In this document: positions 24,050-34,133 of the stretch, piece by piece
Layout of the letters: the number at the start of each line of letters is the position of its first letter
Numbering within the stretch: position 1 is the first letter of the stretch
Virus record (IMG/VR): IMGVR_UViG_3300025000_000063
Coordinates: 1-64,000 of that record
Strand: one strand, 5' to 3'
Length of the DNA: 64,000 bases
Source of the DNA: a virus
Taxonomy: Duplodnaviria; Heunggongvirae; Uroviricota; Caudoviricetes
Made by a program: the position numbers and the translations under genes
The notes under the pieces: generated by a model
Databases searched by the model: none
What the model saw: the letters and a program-made list of their open reading frames with translations, nothing else
What the model was told of the DNA's origin: nothing

Positions 24050-24884
24050 ATGGTTTTTTGTTTTGCTGGTGCTTTTGTCAACGGTTGCCTGTTCAAAGGT
24101 TCCTGCTGGTCATGTCGGGGTAAAAGTGTACCTTCTTGGTGGTTCAAAGGGTGTTGAGTCTGAGCAGTTGGGCGTGGGGCGGTATTGGATTGGATGGAAT
24201 GAAGAACTGTATCTGTTCCCTGCGTTTACTCAGAATTACGTATGGACCAAAGATAAAAACGAAGGCAGCCCCAACGACGAGTCAATATCATTTCAAACAG
24301 TTGAAGGCATGAGCGTCAACGCCGATGTCGGGATTTCATACTCAGTTAAACCAGAAAAGGTTGCAGAAGTATTTCAGAAGTACAGAAAGCAGATGGGTGA
24401 AATAACAGATATTTATCTCAGGAACATGGTGAGAGACGCTTTCGTGTCAATAGCGTCCACAATGCCGGTTGAAAACGTGTATGGCGCTGGCAAGGCAGAA
24501 CTTTTAAAATCTGTTGAGGATTATGTTAAAAGCCAGTGCGAGGATATGTTCAATATAGAGCGTATTTATTTAGTCGGTGATCTTAGGTTGCCACAGCAGG
24601 TTACGGCGGCTCTAAATGCTAAAATACAGGCTACTCAGCAGGCCCAGCAGGTGGAAAATGAGATTCGGGCGGCAAAAGCCCAGGCCGAAAAGAAAATAGC
24701 CGAGGCAAAAGGTGAAGCTGATTCATTGCTTCTTGTTGCTGAATCACAGGCCAAAGCCAATAAAATTCTTGCGGCATCTTTGACCCCTGAATTTGTCCAG
24801 TACCAGGCGTTGAAGCAATGGGACGGCAAATTGCCAGGAATAATGATACCGGGCGGTGCCGTTCCGTTCGTGTCGGTGAAATAA
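24036..24884 (+). CDS. SPFH/band-7 (prohibitin/HflK-like) domain lipoprotein
   Basis: Signal peptide with lipobox LSTVAC. VPAGHVGVKV is the SPFH start motif. An Ala/Gln-rich coiled-coil C-terminus follows. Confidence 0.65.
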   Translation: MQRFKWFFVLLVLLSTVACSKVPAGHVGVKVYLLGGSKGVESEQLGVGRYWIGWNEELYLFPAFTQNYVWTKDKNEGSPNDESISFQTVEGMSVNADVGISYSVKPEKVAEVFQKYRKQMGEITDIYLRNMVRDAFVSIASTMPVENVYGAGKAELLKSVEDYVKSQCEDMFNIERIYLVGDLRLPQQVTAALNAKIQATQQAQQVENEIRAAKAQAEKKIAEAKGEADSLLLVAESQAKANKILAASLTPEFVQYQALKQWDGKLPGIMIPGGAVPFVSVK

Positions 24885-24922
24885 TAAGCGCGTTTTTAAC
24901 AAAAAAAAAAAGGAGAAGTAAA

Positions 24923-25660
24923 ATGCTTGAAAGTTTGTTTGAAAGATTGGTTGTGGCTGTAGAGGGTTTGCTCATTGAATCGAGAAAAAGAACTGAAATC
25001 GCAGGAAATTGGGTACAGGTTGAGTTGCAGGAAACCCAGACCTCGGTAAAAGAGATGCCGGATTTTAAAAAGCTTAGTCCGGGGTCTCTTGAAGAAGAGC
25101 CCATTGGAGTGACTTCTTTCAAAACATATGAACAGCTTCTTGAAGAACACGGCCTCCCGTACCTCAAAGGGTTGTGTGAAAAACGTGAAATTAACTTCCC
25201 AAAGCTGGCTCGGTCCAACACTATTATCGCTTTGCTGAAGGATAGCGACAAAGAAGCTGGTCTACCGGGTTCCTGTTTGCCTGAAACCAAGGAGGCTGCC
25301 ACACCCGGCCCGGAAACATCCACCCCGGCCGACCCTTTCGCCGTGGAAGCGCCCGTTGTCGAAGACCCGTTCGCCACTACTCCCGCACCTGAAACCGATC
25401 CTTTGGCGGGTTCTGAACCGGAATCCAAAAAAGAAGTAACCGAAGATGAAGTGAGATCCCGGATGTACGAGCTTAAAAAGGTTTATGATGCCAAGTTCGA
25501 AGGTCAAGGCATCGGCATGATTGTGGCTTTTCTGGAAAAACAAACCGGCGTCAGGGGGTTCAACACTTGGGCGGATAACATCCCTAAAGAAAACAGGAAG
25601 AAAGAGTTCTCCGCTATGCTTAAGATAGTTAATTCTGAAATATCCGGGATGTCCAAATAA
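24923..25660 (+). CDS. hypothetical protein with a Pro/Thr/Glu-rich low-complexity linker
   Basis: GGAGAAGTAAAATG RBS. The longer table ORF starts further upstream inside the poly-A region. Confidence 0.45.
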   Translation: MLESLFERLVVAVEGLLIESRKRTEIAGNWVQVELQETQTSVKEMPDFKKLSPGSLEEEPIGVTSFKTYEQLLEEHGLPYLKGLCEKREINFPKLARSNTIIALLKDSDKEAGLPGSCLPETKEAATPGPETSTPADPFAVEAPVVEDPFATTPAPETDPLAGSEPESKKEVTEDEVRSRMYELKKVYDAKFEGQGIGMIVAFLEKQTGVRGFNTWADNIPKENRKKEFSAMLKIVNSEISGMSK

Positions 25661-26898
25661 TGAGTGAACATTCTGAAATCAGCCCCAGCGGGCTTCACCG
25701 AGTTTTGAATTGTCCAGGCAGCGTTCGTCAATGCCGGGGGTTGGAGAGTAAGTCTTCGATGTACTCTATGGATGGGTCAATTGTCCATGACTTGAATAAA
25801 CTCTGTTTACTTCGGGGTCAAGATGCTGAAGACTACCTTGGGTACTGGGGTTGGTATAATAAAAACAATGCAACCGGGGTGCAAGAATTAAAGCCGACTG
25901 ACAAAGGCCTGCTCCGGGTTATCCAGATAACAGAAAAGGAGGTACAAAGTAGTCAGATATACCTTGATGTGATTCGGGCTTCCCGGGCAAAACACCCCAG
26001 CGCCGAATACAAAGTTGAAGAGAAGATGGATATGGGTTGGATATCCCCTGGAATGAAAGGGACCGGGGACCACATTATCCGGGAATTTTTTGGAATTTTG
26101 ATCGTCGATGACTATAAAAACGGGTTCAATGAAGTGGAAATTGAAATGAATCCCCAGTTTCTTACTTACGCTCTCGGCGCCCTCGGTCCCAACAACGATC
26201 AAGCCATTGAAGATGTTATGATCCGGGTTATCCAGCCCAATGGGATGCACCATAAAGGACTAGTGCGAAGTCAAGTTCTATCAGTAAAGAGAGTTTATAA
26301 GTGGAAAGACGAGGTTCTTCTTCCTGGCATCGCCAGGGCTCAGGACCCAAATGCGCCTTTAATACCCGGAAGTTGGTGTTTCTTTTGTGAAGCTTCCAGG
26401 CAGCATAAATGCCCAAAGCAAACAGAATTAGCCGTTGATACTATGTTTGGTACTCCGATTGATCTGACAAAGGATTTTCTGCCAGAGCCGCCCGACCCCA
26501 AGACGTTGAGCCGAGTCCGGATGGATAAGGTACTGAAAGTGGCTGACATGATGGAAAGCTGGCTCAAAGCTGCAAAGGAGGAAGCATACAGAAGATTGGA
26601 AGTAGGAGACCCGGACGCGCCGGTTAATTTCAAACTGGTGGACGGCCCGTTAAGCGACAGGAAATGGGCGGATGAACAAAAAGTCGTCGAAGCGTTTAAA
26701 CCTTTAGGTGTGGAAGTCTATCAGTCACCAAAAATTAAATCCCCGGCTCAATTGGAAAAAGATTTGGTTAAAAAATATAAACCTAAAGAAAGAGAGGAGA
26801 AAATCAAACCGCTGTTGGCAGAAAGAAAACGAGGCAAGCCGGTCATGGTTCCGATAACAGATGAACGGCCGTCAATAGTTGATAAAATGTTTGGATAG
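25660..26898 (+). CDS. DUF2800-family PD-(D/E)xK nuclease (Cas4-like Cys cluster)
   Basis: The N-terminal pattern SPSGLHRVLNCPGS matches the DUF2800 hallmark (LS.SS..RWL.CP.S). The C-terminal CFFCEASRQHKCPK is a Cys cluster. It lies upstream of the DUF2815 gene and the PolA gene. Confidence 0.55.
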   Translation: MSEHSEISPSGLHRVLNCPGSVRQCRGLESKSSMYSMDGSIVHDLNKLCLLRGQDAEDYLGYWGWYNKNNATGVQELKPTDKGLLRVIQITEKEVQSSQIYLDVIRASRAKHPSAEYKVEEKMDMGWISPGMKGTGDHIIREFFGILIVDDYKNGFNEVEIEMNPQFLTYALGALGPNNDQAIEDVMIRVIQPNGMHHKGLVRSQVLSVKRVYKWKDEVLLPGIARAQDPNAPLIPGSWCFFCEASRQHKCPKQTELAVDTMFGTPIDLTKDFLPEPPDPKTLSRVRMDKVLKVADMMESWLKAAKEEAYRRLEVGDPDAPVNFKLVDGPLSDRKWADEQKVVEAFKPLGVEVYQSPKIKSPAQLEKDLVKKYKPKEREEKIKPLLAERKRGKPVMVPITDERPSIVDKMFG

Positions 26899-27054
26899 GA
26901 GCCTGAAATGGAAGATAAATGTTTTAAGATCGCATGTGTGCTCGTGTCGGGGATTATCAGCTCATTCTGGCTTGGAATTTTAAGTGTTGAAGTTTATTTC
27001 CTGTTGTGGGCGCTTAAACACTATAACGTTATATAAAAACAAAGGAGAAATAAA

Positions 27055-27339
27055 ATGAAGATAGGTTCAGAAGAGATTTCCGGGATAATGGAGTTGTTTG
27101 AAAATGCTGAAGATTTCCGGCCTCTTGTTAAAAAGGTACTAAACGTTTTGACCAGCTTCGGGCCGGAGATAGAAGGTATCCCTAAAAAGGTATCTAAATG
27201 GCTGGTTCAGAATCGGATTGAATCTGTTAAAATGTACAAGGCGGCCGGTTTCACAACAGAACAAGCCGTCGACATGACCATGGACGACGTTATGGCGCTT
27301 AAAAGAGCAATCCGCTCAATAAAAACGAAGGAGAAATAA
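27055..27339 (+). CDS. hypothetical protein (94 aa)
   Basis: AAAGGAGAAATAAAATG RBS. Confidence 0.45.
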   Translation: MKIGSEEISGIMELFENAEDFRPLVKKVLNVLTSFGPEIEGIPKKVSKWLVQNRIESVKMYKAAGFTTEQAVDMTMDDVMALKRAIRSIKTKEK

Positions 27340-27343
27340 AATT

Positions 27344-28024
27344 ATGGCAAGTAAGACAGCACATTCAGAAAACAGCACAACCCCGGAAGTGGTGGTAACA
27401 TTTCCCAATATTTTTAAACTTAAGAGCTACCAGGGCGGAACACCGTCGAAGTCAATTCGGTTGCTGTTCAACAAGACGAACAAAGAGCATATGGACTACC
27501 TGAAAGGCCTGGTTGCACAGATGAACGCAGTTCTGGCCGAACAGTGGCCCAACGAAGCCGAGCGCCCCCGCATCCCTATGGTTGGCCATGACAAGTCAAC
27601 CATTAAAGACGGCGATAAAAGCTGCAATGGCCAGGGAATCCCTTATAAAGAAAAAAACCCGGAAGTCGCCGGCCACTACTTTTTGACTGTATCGAAATAC
27701 CCCAATGAAAGTAACCCGGACGCCACCCTGCCCATTGTTGATCGGAACAAGGCCGATATCCTGAACGCCGGGGAAATCTTTTCCGGGTGTTACTGCAAAG
27801 TGAACCTGAACGCCTATGCCCGCACCAGAACTGACAACAAAGGTATCAGCCTCGGCCTCAATGGGGTCCAGAAAATCAAAGACGGTGAAAGAATTGGCGG
27901 CGGCGGTGGCCCGAGCGTGGACGATATGTTTGAAGCGTCAGGTGCATCTGATCCGTTGGCCTACGGCAAGGAAAATGACTTCTTCGGGTCGGTGTCTGTT
28001 GTTGATGACGATATTCCTTATTAA
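27344..28024 (+). CDS. DUF2815-family ssDNA-binding-like protein
   Basis: CYCKVNLNAYARTRTDNKGISLGLNGVQKIKDGERIGGGGG is typical of DUF2815 proteins that accompany DUF2800 and family A polymerases. Confidence 0.5.
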   Translation: MASKTAHSENSTTPEVVVTFPNIFKLKSYQGGTPSKSIRLLFNKTNKEHMDYLKGLVAQMNAVLAEQWPNEAERPRIPMVGHDKSTIKDGDKSCNGQGIPYKEKNPEVAGHYFLTVSKYPNESNPDATLPIVDRNKADILNAGEIFSGCYCKVNLNAYARTRTDNKGISLGLNGVQKIKDGERIGGGGGPSVDDMFEASGASDPLAYGKENDFFGSVSVVDDDIPY

Positions 28025-28062
28025 CTTTTAATTACCCGGGGCGTGGCGGAATAGGAGTTGAT

Positions 28063-28335
28063 ATGCGACTGAGAATGAATGATTACGATAGAAGATGGAA
28101 CAACAAAAGTAGACGATGGGTTTATAAGCACCGTGAAATTATGGAGTTAAAAATAGGCCGGCTATTGGAAAAAGGAGAACATGTGCACCATATTGACGGT
28201 GATTATTTAAATAATGATCCAAATAACTTAAAAATAGAAAGTCTGCCCAGCCATATGTCTAAGCATTCGCCCGTATATCAAAGAAAATTTAGACCAGTTA
28301 AACGAGGGGTTCAAACCCCCGCCGCCCCAAAATAG
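28063..28335 (+). mobile_element. HNH homing endonuclease (90 aa)
   Basis: GEHVHHIDGDYLNNDPNNL...H is an HNH motif. It is inserted between replication genes. Confidence 0.6.
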
Positions 28336-28592
28336 TAAAGACGAGGAAAGTAATGGACGAAAATAAGCCGTATAGCGAGAAAGATTGTCAAGATGCCTTG
28401 TCTAAAGGGTTTGATTTAGATGATTGGATGGATTACCAAAAATATTATAAATTAGGCGAAGAAGCATAACCAATAAAGACCGGCACCGGGTTGGCCGGGT
28501 GGATTTTAAAAAAACAATAAGAAATTAACGTTTCTGTTCTTCAAGACTGCATCCACAGCCGGTCTTTAACAAAATAAAAAAAGGAATTAATT

Positions 28593-28982
28593 ATGGCGGT
28601 AAATGACGGTGAAAAAGAAAGATCGATCAAGGTGTTGGAAGACCTGATTCGTGATATTAAAAAAGAGTCTATGCATATTTTATACGTCGCTATGAAAAAA
28701 ACTATTGAAGAAGGTCCACCAGAAGATGGGTTTAAAACATACCGCTCTACTGGGGAGCTTTCTATTACTATTCACGCCGTCAAAAAACCACTTTTGGATA
28801 AATCTGATAAAGCCGATGCTGAAAGATTTAGGTACTTTATATCCTGGATCACGTTTCAAGAGTCAGGAGGTAATTTGTATTTTATTGGGGAGGGCGTTAC
28901 TGAAGAAGAAAAAGATAAAACAAGGAGAAAAATTGATGAGGCTATTCAAAGAAAGTGTGGAACAAAGGAGAAAACAAAATGA
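28593..28982 (+). CDS. hypothetical protein (129 aa)
   Basis: AAAGGAATTAATTATG RBS. Confidence 0.45.
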   Translation: MAVNDGEKERSIKVLEDLIRDIKKESMHILYVAMKKTIEEGPPEDGFKTYRSTGELSITIHAVKKPLLDKSDKADAERFRYFISWITFQESGGNLYFIGEGVTEEEKDKTRRKIDEAIQRKCGTKEKTK

Positions 28983-29518
28983 TTCACGTAATGGTAGATT
29001 TAGAGACATTAGGCACAAAGCAAAATTCAGCTTTCATTTCAATCGGCGCCTGCCAGTTTGAACCGAGCACTGGGGAAATTGGAGAAACCTTCTACGCCAA
29101 TATTGACTGGGACGACGCACTGAAAACCCGTCAAGTAACCGGTGGGACAATAAAATGGTGGCTCAGACAAAGCAAAGAAGCGATAGACCGTGTTTGCGCT
29201 CCAGGGAAGCCTCTGAAAGAAGTTCTTGGAACTTTCGGCCGTTGGTTCCGTAAAGACGGCGTGGAGCGCCGCCCCTGGGGTAACGGGGCGTGTTTTGATA
29301 TCAGTATGCTCGAAAACGCCTATGAACAACATTTCGGGGTAACACCTTGGAACCATTGGGCTGTTCGGGATGTCCGGACGATTGTTGACGTTGTGGCTGG
29401 TATTGTCAGTAAAGACAGTGTTCCCTTTGAAGGAACTCAACATGATGCACTGGCAGATGCGATCCATCAGGCAAAATATGTGTCTGCGATGTGGCAGGCG
29501 TTGAGGGGAGGGAAATGA
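28979..29518 (+). CDS. DEDDh 3'-5' exonuclease (DnaQ/RNase T-like)
   Basis: MIHVMVDLETLG is Exo I. NGACFDISML is Exo II. HDALADAIHQA is Exo III with the DEDDh His. Confidence 0.65.
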   Translation: MIHVMVDLETLGTKQNSAFISIGACQFEPSTGEIGETFYANIDWDDALKTRQVTGGTIKWWLRQSKEAIDRVCAPGKPLKEVLGTFGRWFRKDGVERRPWGNGACFDISMLENAYEQHFGVTPWNHWAVRDVRTIVDVVAGIVSKDSVPFEGTQHDALADAIHQAKYVSAMWQALRGGK

Positions 29519-29519
29519 T

Positions 29520-29741
29520 ATGATAGAACCAGCCGAAGCGATTCTTTGGAGTGCGCTTTTCTACGTAATAGTCGTATATTGTTTGCTTTTAATTGTGAAG
29601 GTCCTGTTCATAAAGAACCCATGTTATGTCCTGCCCCCTCCACCCAGTAGAAAAGACGCTGGTGAGCTTTCAAGAAGAACGGACATGTTTTTGGAGTATT
29701 ACTCAACGCATCAAAGGAAAAGTAATGAAAGCTTGTCTTGA
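29520..29741 (+). CDS. small hydrophobic protein (73 aa) overlapping the PolA start
   Basis: ORF with an N-terminal TM helix. Confidence 0.3.
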   Translation: MIEPAEAILWSALFYVIVVYCLLLIVKVLFIKNPCYVLPPPPSRKDAGELSRRTDMFLEYYSTHQRKSNESLS

Positions 29742-31947
29742 TTTTGAGACCCGGAGCAAAGTTGATCTGAAAACCGCCGGTCCATGGAAGTACGCTGCTG
29801 ACCCGTCAACCGACGTGGTTTGTCTTTCGGTTAAAAAAGACGACCAACCTTCACGAGCGTGGATTCCGGAATGGGTTTCAAAAAAATTAAACGGAATGAA
29901 AGGATTCATCTCTGATCGAGAGTTATCAGAAAAAATTCAAACTGCCGAAAGTTATTCCGCTTTCAATGCTGAATTCGAGCGCGCTATCTGGCATCACATT
30001 ATGCACAAGCGTTACGGCTTTCCCGATTTAGACCTCAATAAAATGCACTGCTCCGCCGCTGCTGCCGCATATATGAACCTGCCCCGGAAACTTGAAAAAG
30101 TTTGCGAGGTGCTGAATCTTCCTGTTCAAAAAGACGACGCTGGCCATCGGTTGATGTTGAAGATGTGTAAGCCTCGGAACCCGACAAAAAAAGAAAAAGC
30201 GGAAAATCCGAATTGGTCAAATATGACCTTTTGGCATGAGAAACCAGAAGACATTATTCGGCTGATCCAGTATTGCAACACTGATACAGATGCAGAATAC
30301 GGAGTTTCTAAGGTGGTTATGCCTCTTTCTACTTTAGAGCGCCCTGTATGGCTATTAGATCAACGTATAAATCAGCGAGGGGTTCACATAGACCTTGATA
30401 ATGTAACATCCATTGTGGGTACTCTGGCAATACATGAATCGAAATTATTAGGCAGGATGTTTAAACTAACCGACGAGATAGTAAAAAGCCCTCGGCAGAC
30501 AGATAAGTTAAAAGAGTGGTTAAAAATTCAGGGTGTTTTTATTAATGATGTTCAGAAACAAACTATAGCAGAGTTGTTAGACAGAAAAGGCTTATCCGAC
30601 GAGGTTAAAGAAGTTCTTCAGATTCGGCAGGCCCTCGGAAAAGCCAGCACATCAAAATTTGGGGCCATGCTGAACCGGGTTCAGGAAGATCAAAGATGCA
30701 GGGCTTTGTTCATGTATTCAGGGGCGGGAACCCACAGGTTTACGGCCAAAGCAATTCAACCTCAGAACATGGTTCGGGATTCCTATTCTGGGAAGAAACT
30801 CGAAGATGCCTATGAAGCTTTTCGACAGGGAGATATTGAATGGATAAAATGGGCGTTCGATGATCCTTTTCCTGCCGCAAGCCGATGTTTGCGTGGGTCA
30901 ATTATGGCGGCTCCGGGGAAAATATTTCGCTGTGCGGACTACCATTCTATTGAGGGCCGGGGTAATGCCTGGCAGGCTGGTGATGAAGAAAAAATGGACC
31001 AGTTCAGAAGAGAGGACAATAAGACCGGCCCAAAGATCTACAATTTAGCTGCTGCATCTATATTCGGCATCGATCCTTACAAGATCACCAAAGACATGCC
31101 AGAATACCTTGTTGGTAAGGTTGAAGAGCTGGCCAGGGGTTATCAAGGGGGCATCGGCGCAGGGGCGTCCATGGCTAAAAACTACAACCTTAGTTTAGAG
31201 ATCCTTCCTCCATTGGTTCTCCCCTTGGCGACTCCGGAAGAATTGAATGGGCCATATGGAGCCCGGTCTCTGGCTGAGAAATATCTGAAAAAGAATCCCG
31301 GGTCCATGAGTATGAACGCAGCCATTGCCTGCGATATCCTTAAAAGAAAATGGCGGGCAAAGAATATGCCTATTGTTCGATCCTGGAAGCAGCTTGAAAA
31401 CGCAGCAAAGATGGCCGTAACAAACCCAGGGGAAACTTTCACTTTTCGGAAAACAGCTTATAAGACTTGGGTTGATCCGAATAAAAACAGATACCTTCTT
31501 TGTCAGCTCCCCAGTGGAAGAGTGCTGTTTTATTTTAACCCCCAGGTCCGTATGGTTAGAAATGATTTCTTGGATGATGATCTCGATGTCGAGGAGACGC
31601 GTCCTGGGAGTATAGTTGTCAAAGCAGTTAAATATCGTGAAGTAATTACCTGCAACGTCGTTGACTCGGTGACAAAACAGTGGCTCCGCCGCCCGCTCTA
31701 TGGGGGCCTGCTATGTGAAAATAACATCCAGTCTTTTTGCCGGGATTTGTTGGTGGAAGCAATGCTCCAGGTAGAAGCGGCTGGGTATCCCGTGGTTATG
31801 CACGTCCACGATGAAATCCTGTCGGAAGTAGACAAGGGCTTTGGCAGCCTTGAAGAATTCATTAAAATAATGGAAATTGTTCCGACCTGGGCAACGAACA
31901 TGCCAATTAAAGCCGCGGGTTGGGAAGGAATGAGGTTTAGGAAATGA
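29737..31947 (+). CDS. family A DNA polymerase (phage PolA type, N-terminal 3'-5' exo)
   Basis: MKACLDFETRSKVDL is an Exo I-like start typical of the PolA partnered with DUF2800/DUF2815. A C-terminal palm motif region, VHDEIL, is present. Confidence 0.75.
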   Translation, partial: LDFETRSKVDLKTAGPWKYAADPSTDVVCLSVKKDDQPSRAWIPEWVSKKLNGMKGFISDRELSEKIQTAESYSAFNAEFERAIWHHIMHKRYGFPDLDLNKMHCSAAAAAYMNLPRKLEKVCEVLNLPVQKDDAGHRLMLKMCKPRNPTKKEKAENPNWSNMTFWHEKPEDIIRLIQYCNTDTDAEYGVSKVVMPLSTLERPVWLLDQRINQRGVHIDLDNVTSIVGTLAIHESKLLGRMFKLTDEIVKSPRQTDKLKEWLKIQGVFINDVQKQTIAELLDRKGLSDEVKEVLQIRQALGKASTSKFGAMLNRVQEDQRCRALFMYSGAGTHRFTAKAIQPQNMVRDSYSGKKLEDAYEAFRQGDIEWIKWAFDDPFPAASRCLRGSIMAAPGKIFRCADYHSIEGRGNAWQAGDEEKMDQFRREDNKTGPKIYNLAAASIFGIDPYKITKDMPEYLVGKVEELARGYQGGIGAGASMAKNYNLSLEILPPLVLPLATPEELNGPYGARSLAEKYLKKNPGSMSMNAAIACDILKRKWRAKNMPIVRSWKQLENAAKMAVTNPGETFTFRKTAYKTWVDPNKNRYLLCQLPSGRVLFYFNPQVRMVRNDFLDDDLDVEETRPGSIVVKAVKYREVITCNVVDSVTKQWLRRPLYGGLLCENNIQSFCRDLLVEAMLQVEAAGYPVVMHVHDEILSEVDKGFGSLEEFIKIMEIVPTWATNMPIKAAGWEGMRFRK

Positions 31948-32372
31948 AATATCTTAATCTTTTAAATCAAAGCTTCGAACAGGCTAAAGATACGGTATGC
32001 GATGACATTATGGGGCGGCTGGAGTATCTCGCGGGCTACATATTCAATTTTATCACTTATGAAAACATCGCGTCGTCTTTGATGGCCCAGAAAGCCCTTG
32101 AGGTAGGTAAAGCAATCTCTGATCGAAAAACGTTCGAGTATATTAGATCAGAAGAGGGGAATCTTTGGTTTCTGATAATGGTTAATATGCCGTTTTTTGA
32201 ATGTAAACTTAGTTGGGGTACGTCCATACGAGGGGCGTTCTGGGACAGAAAAAAGTTTACAGTTGAGTCGTGCGGGTTGTATGACGGGTTTAACCAGATA
32301 CTTGAATTAGAGGTTGATTGGGTTGAATTTGTCGAAGACATGATTTCTTTTTCGAAGGAGGAGTGGAAATGA
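31944..32372 (+). CDS. hypothetical protein (142 aa)
   Basis: ORF overlapping the PolA stop. Confidence 0.45.
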   Translation: MKYLNLLNQSFEQAKDTVCDDIMGRLEYLAGYIFNFITYENIASSLMAQKALEVGKAISDRKTFEYIRSEEGNLWFLIMVNMPFFECKLSWGTSIRGAFWDRKKFTVESCGLYDGFNQILELEVDWVEFVEDMISFSKEEWK

Positions 32373-32563
32373 AATTACCAGAAAGAATATACTTGGTCCA
32401 GCCATATCCAGACACGGCGGATTGTGAATGGTGTGAAGACCCAGGGCTGTTTGGGGTTAAGAAAGAAGAGGCTACATTATATGTTCGGGCTGATTTTGTT
32501 TGTGGCGTACTTAATGACTATAAGAAAGTTACTGAGCTATTAGATTCATTGGAGAGAGAATAA
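32363..32563 (+). CDS. hypothetical protein (66 aa, CxxC)
   Basis: ORF with a GGAGGAG RBS. Confidence 0.4.
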   Translation: MEMKLPERIYLVQPYPDTADCEWCEDPGLFGVKKEEATLYVRADFVCGVLNDYKKVTELLDSLERE

Positions 32564-32752
32564 ATGATAAACAAATATCAAAAACACGAGTTTTGTCGAG
32601 ATGTGGAGTGTGAAGGGTTAAGGTCTGATTTAAATGGCGACAAGACCCAGTGCCCATATTATGCAGAATATTGTTTGAAAACTGCTAAGGAGTTTCATGA
32701 TTGGTTGAAAAACAAAGGTTTTAAAATAACCAAAGAAGGAGAAGGCGAGTAA
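32564..32752 (+). CDS. hypothetical protein (62 aa)
   Basis: ORF. Confidence 0.4.
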   Translation: MINKYQKHEFCRDVECEGLRSDLNGDKTQCPYYAEYCLKTAKEFHDWLKNKGFKITKEGEGE

Positions 32753-33291
32753 TGGACTCCCTAATTTTAACCCAATCAGGAAATTATTTCGATCTTCTTC
32801 GCCCGGAAGAAAGTTGTTTTTCTATTAAGGACATTGCCCACGGGCTATCAAACCTATGTCGTTTTACAGGTCATTGCAGAGAGTTTTATTCGGTGGCGCA
32901 GCACAGTGTACTGGTTAGCAGGATATTACCCATAGAACTTAAATTTGCGGGGTTAATGCACGATGCAGCAGAAGCGTTTTTAGGTGACGTGTCTTCTCCG
33001 TTAAAACACCTTCTCCCGGAATATAAAAAGATTGAAGAGAATGTCGAGAAGGCTATTTTTGATAGATTTGGTGTTTCGTGGGACCAAGTTAAAAGTAAAG
33101 AAGTTAAAAAGGCTGATTTGATTCTTCTTGCTACAGAGAAAAGGGATTTGATGCCCATTACAGGTTATCAATGGGAAATATTAAAAGGCATCGGTCCTTT
33201 GGATTTTATGCGGATACACCCTTTGCCCCCGGAAAAAGCTTTTAATTTATTTATGGAAGAATACAATAAGCTTGACATAAGGAGGGTGTGA
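32752..33291 (+). CDS. HD-domain phosphohydrolase (YfbR-like 5'-deoxynucleotidase family)
   Basis: YSVAQHSVLVS (H) and LMHDAAEAFLGD (HD) motifs are present. Confidence 0.6.
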   Translation: MDSLILTQSGNYFDLLRPEESCFSIKDIAHGLSNLCRFTGHCREFYSVAQHSVLVSRILPIELKFAGLMHDAAEAFLGDVSSPLKHLLPEYKKIEENVEKAIFDRFGVSWDQVKSKEVKKADLILLATEKRDLMPITGYQWEILKGIGPLDFMRIHPLPPEKAFNLFMEEYNKLDIRRV

Positions 33292-33292
33292 A

Positions 33293-33574
33293 ATGGAAGA
33301 AATAAAAATAACTAAACGAGCATTATTTTTGAACAATGATCAAGCGGTATTGCCTAGGAAGTTGACGGCTGAGAATGGGGCAAAGGCATTACTTAGTGGA
33401 AAGTTTTTTGAGAAAAGTTATCGTCTTTGTCTGAATTGTCAATGGGATTATGATGGTGATCTATGTGAGTTTTGCAGTGGAACCGGTTTTGTGGTTGAAA
33501 AAATACCTGTATCATGGACCACAATCGAGGTCATCTATGACAAAATCGTTGAAGCTTTGGAGGTTAAACCATGA
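33293..33574 (+). CDS. hypothetical protein (93 aa, C-x2-C...C-x2-C)
   Basis: ORF. Confidence 0.4.
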   Translation: MEEIKITKRALFLNNDQAVLPRKLTAENGAKALLSGKFFEKSYRLCLNCQWDYDGDLCEFCSGTGFVVEKIPVSWTTIEVIYDKIVEALEVKP

Positions 33575-33725
33575 AAATAGGAGGGTTCAAAAGCAAGCCA
33601 ATTTTAGGAATCAGGATGTTGAAGATCACATTTGAATCACCCATTAAAAAGCACAAGACAGGGTTAATCAGCTCGGTATCGTTTTTTGGGGTAACAATAA
33701 CTTGGCTGAAATCAAAGGATGAGAA

Positions 33726-33920
33726 ATGAAACTTATAATCATTTCAGCCCTGCTAATCTTCATCCTCACCGGTTCTATATCGTGTGGCGAGATACCCGAA
33801 GATAAGACCAAAGCTCACATTGAAAAACATGGCTCAGGGGTAGACATGACTGGAATATGGGATGATGGGAAAAGCAATATGCAATTGAAAAAGAAAAATT
33901 TTATACCGAAAGGAAGGTGA
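33726..33920 (+). CDS. small secreted/lipoprotein-like protein (64 aa)
   Basis: Hydrophobic N-terminus ending in SISCG. Confidence 0.35.
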   Translation: MKLIIISALLIFILTGSISCGEIPEDKTKAHIEKHGSGVDMTGIWDDGKSNMQLKKKNFIPKGR

Positions 33921-34133
33921 ATGATGGAAAAATATTATCGGGTATGTAATCAATGCTGCCAAAAGATAGGTCTTAAAATTAACTCAGACATAGAAAGCAG
34001 ATGCCATAGAAAGTATTGTGATATCTGCGGATTCAGTTCTGATAGTGATTTATCTTCCATTTCAGAGAAAGCGCTTGAAAAGCGAAGACGGATAAAACAC
34101 CAATTTCAAAATGAAAGAAAGGAAGGTGAATGA
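33921..34133 (+). CDS. small Cys-rich protein, paralog 1 (MMEKYYRVCNQCCQK)
   Basis: Preceded by the repeated RBS/start block GAAAGGAAGGTGAATGATGGAAAAAT. Confidence 0.45.
   Translation: MMEKYYRVCNQCCQKIGLKINSDIESRCHRKYCDICGFSSDSDLSSISEKALEKRRRIKHQFQNERKEGE

Noticed and set aside
24631-25428. 265 aa minus-strand ORF (Ala/Ser/Gly/Pro-rich) overlapping the SPFH gene and the following gene
   Set aside because: It is antisense to two well-supported plus-strand genes. It has low-complexity composition typical of a GC-rich antisense frame and no RBS. I judge it spurious.
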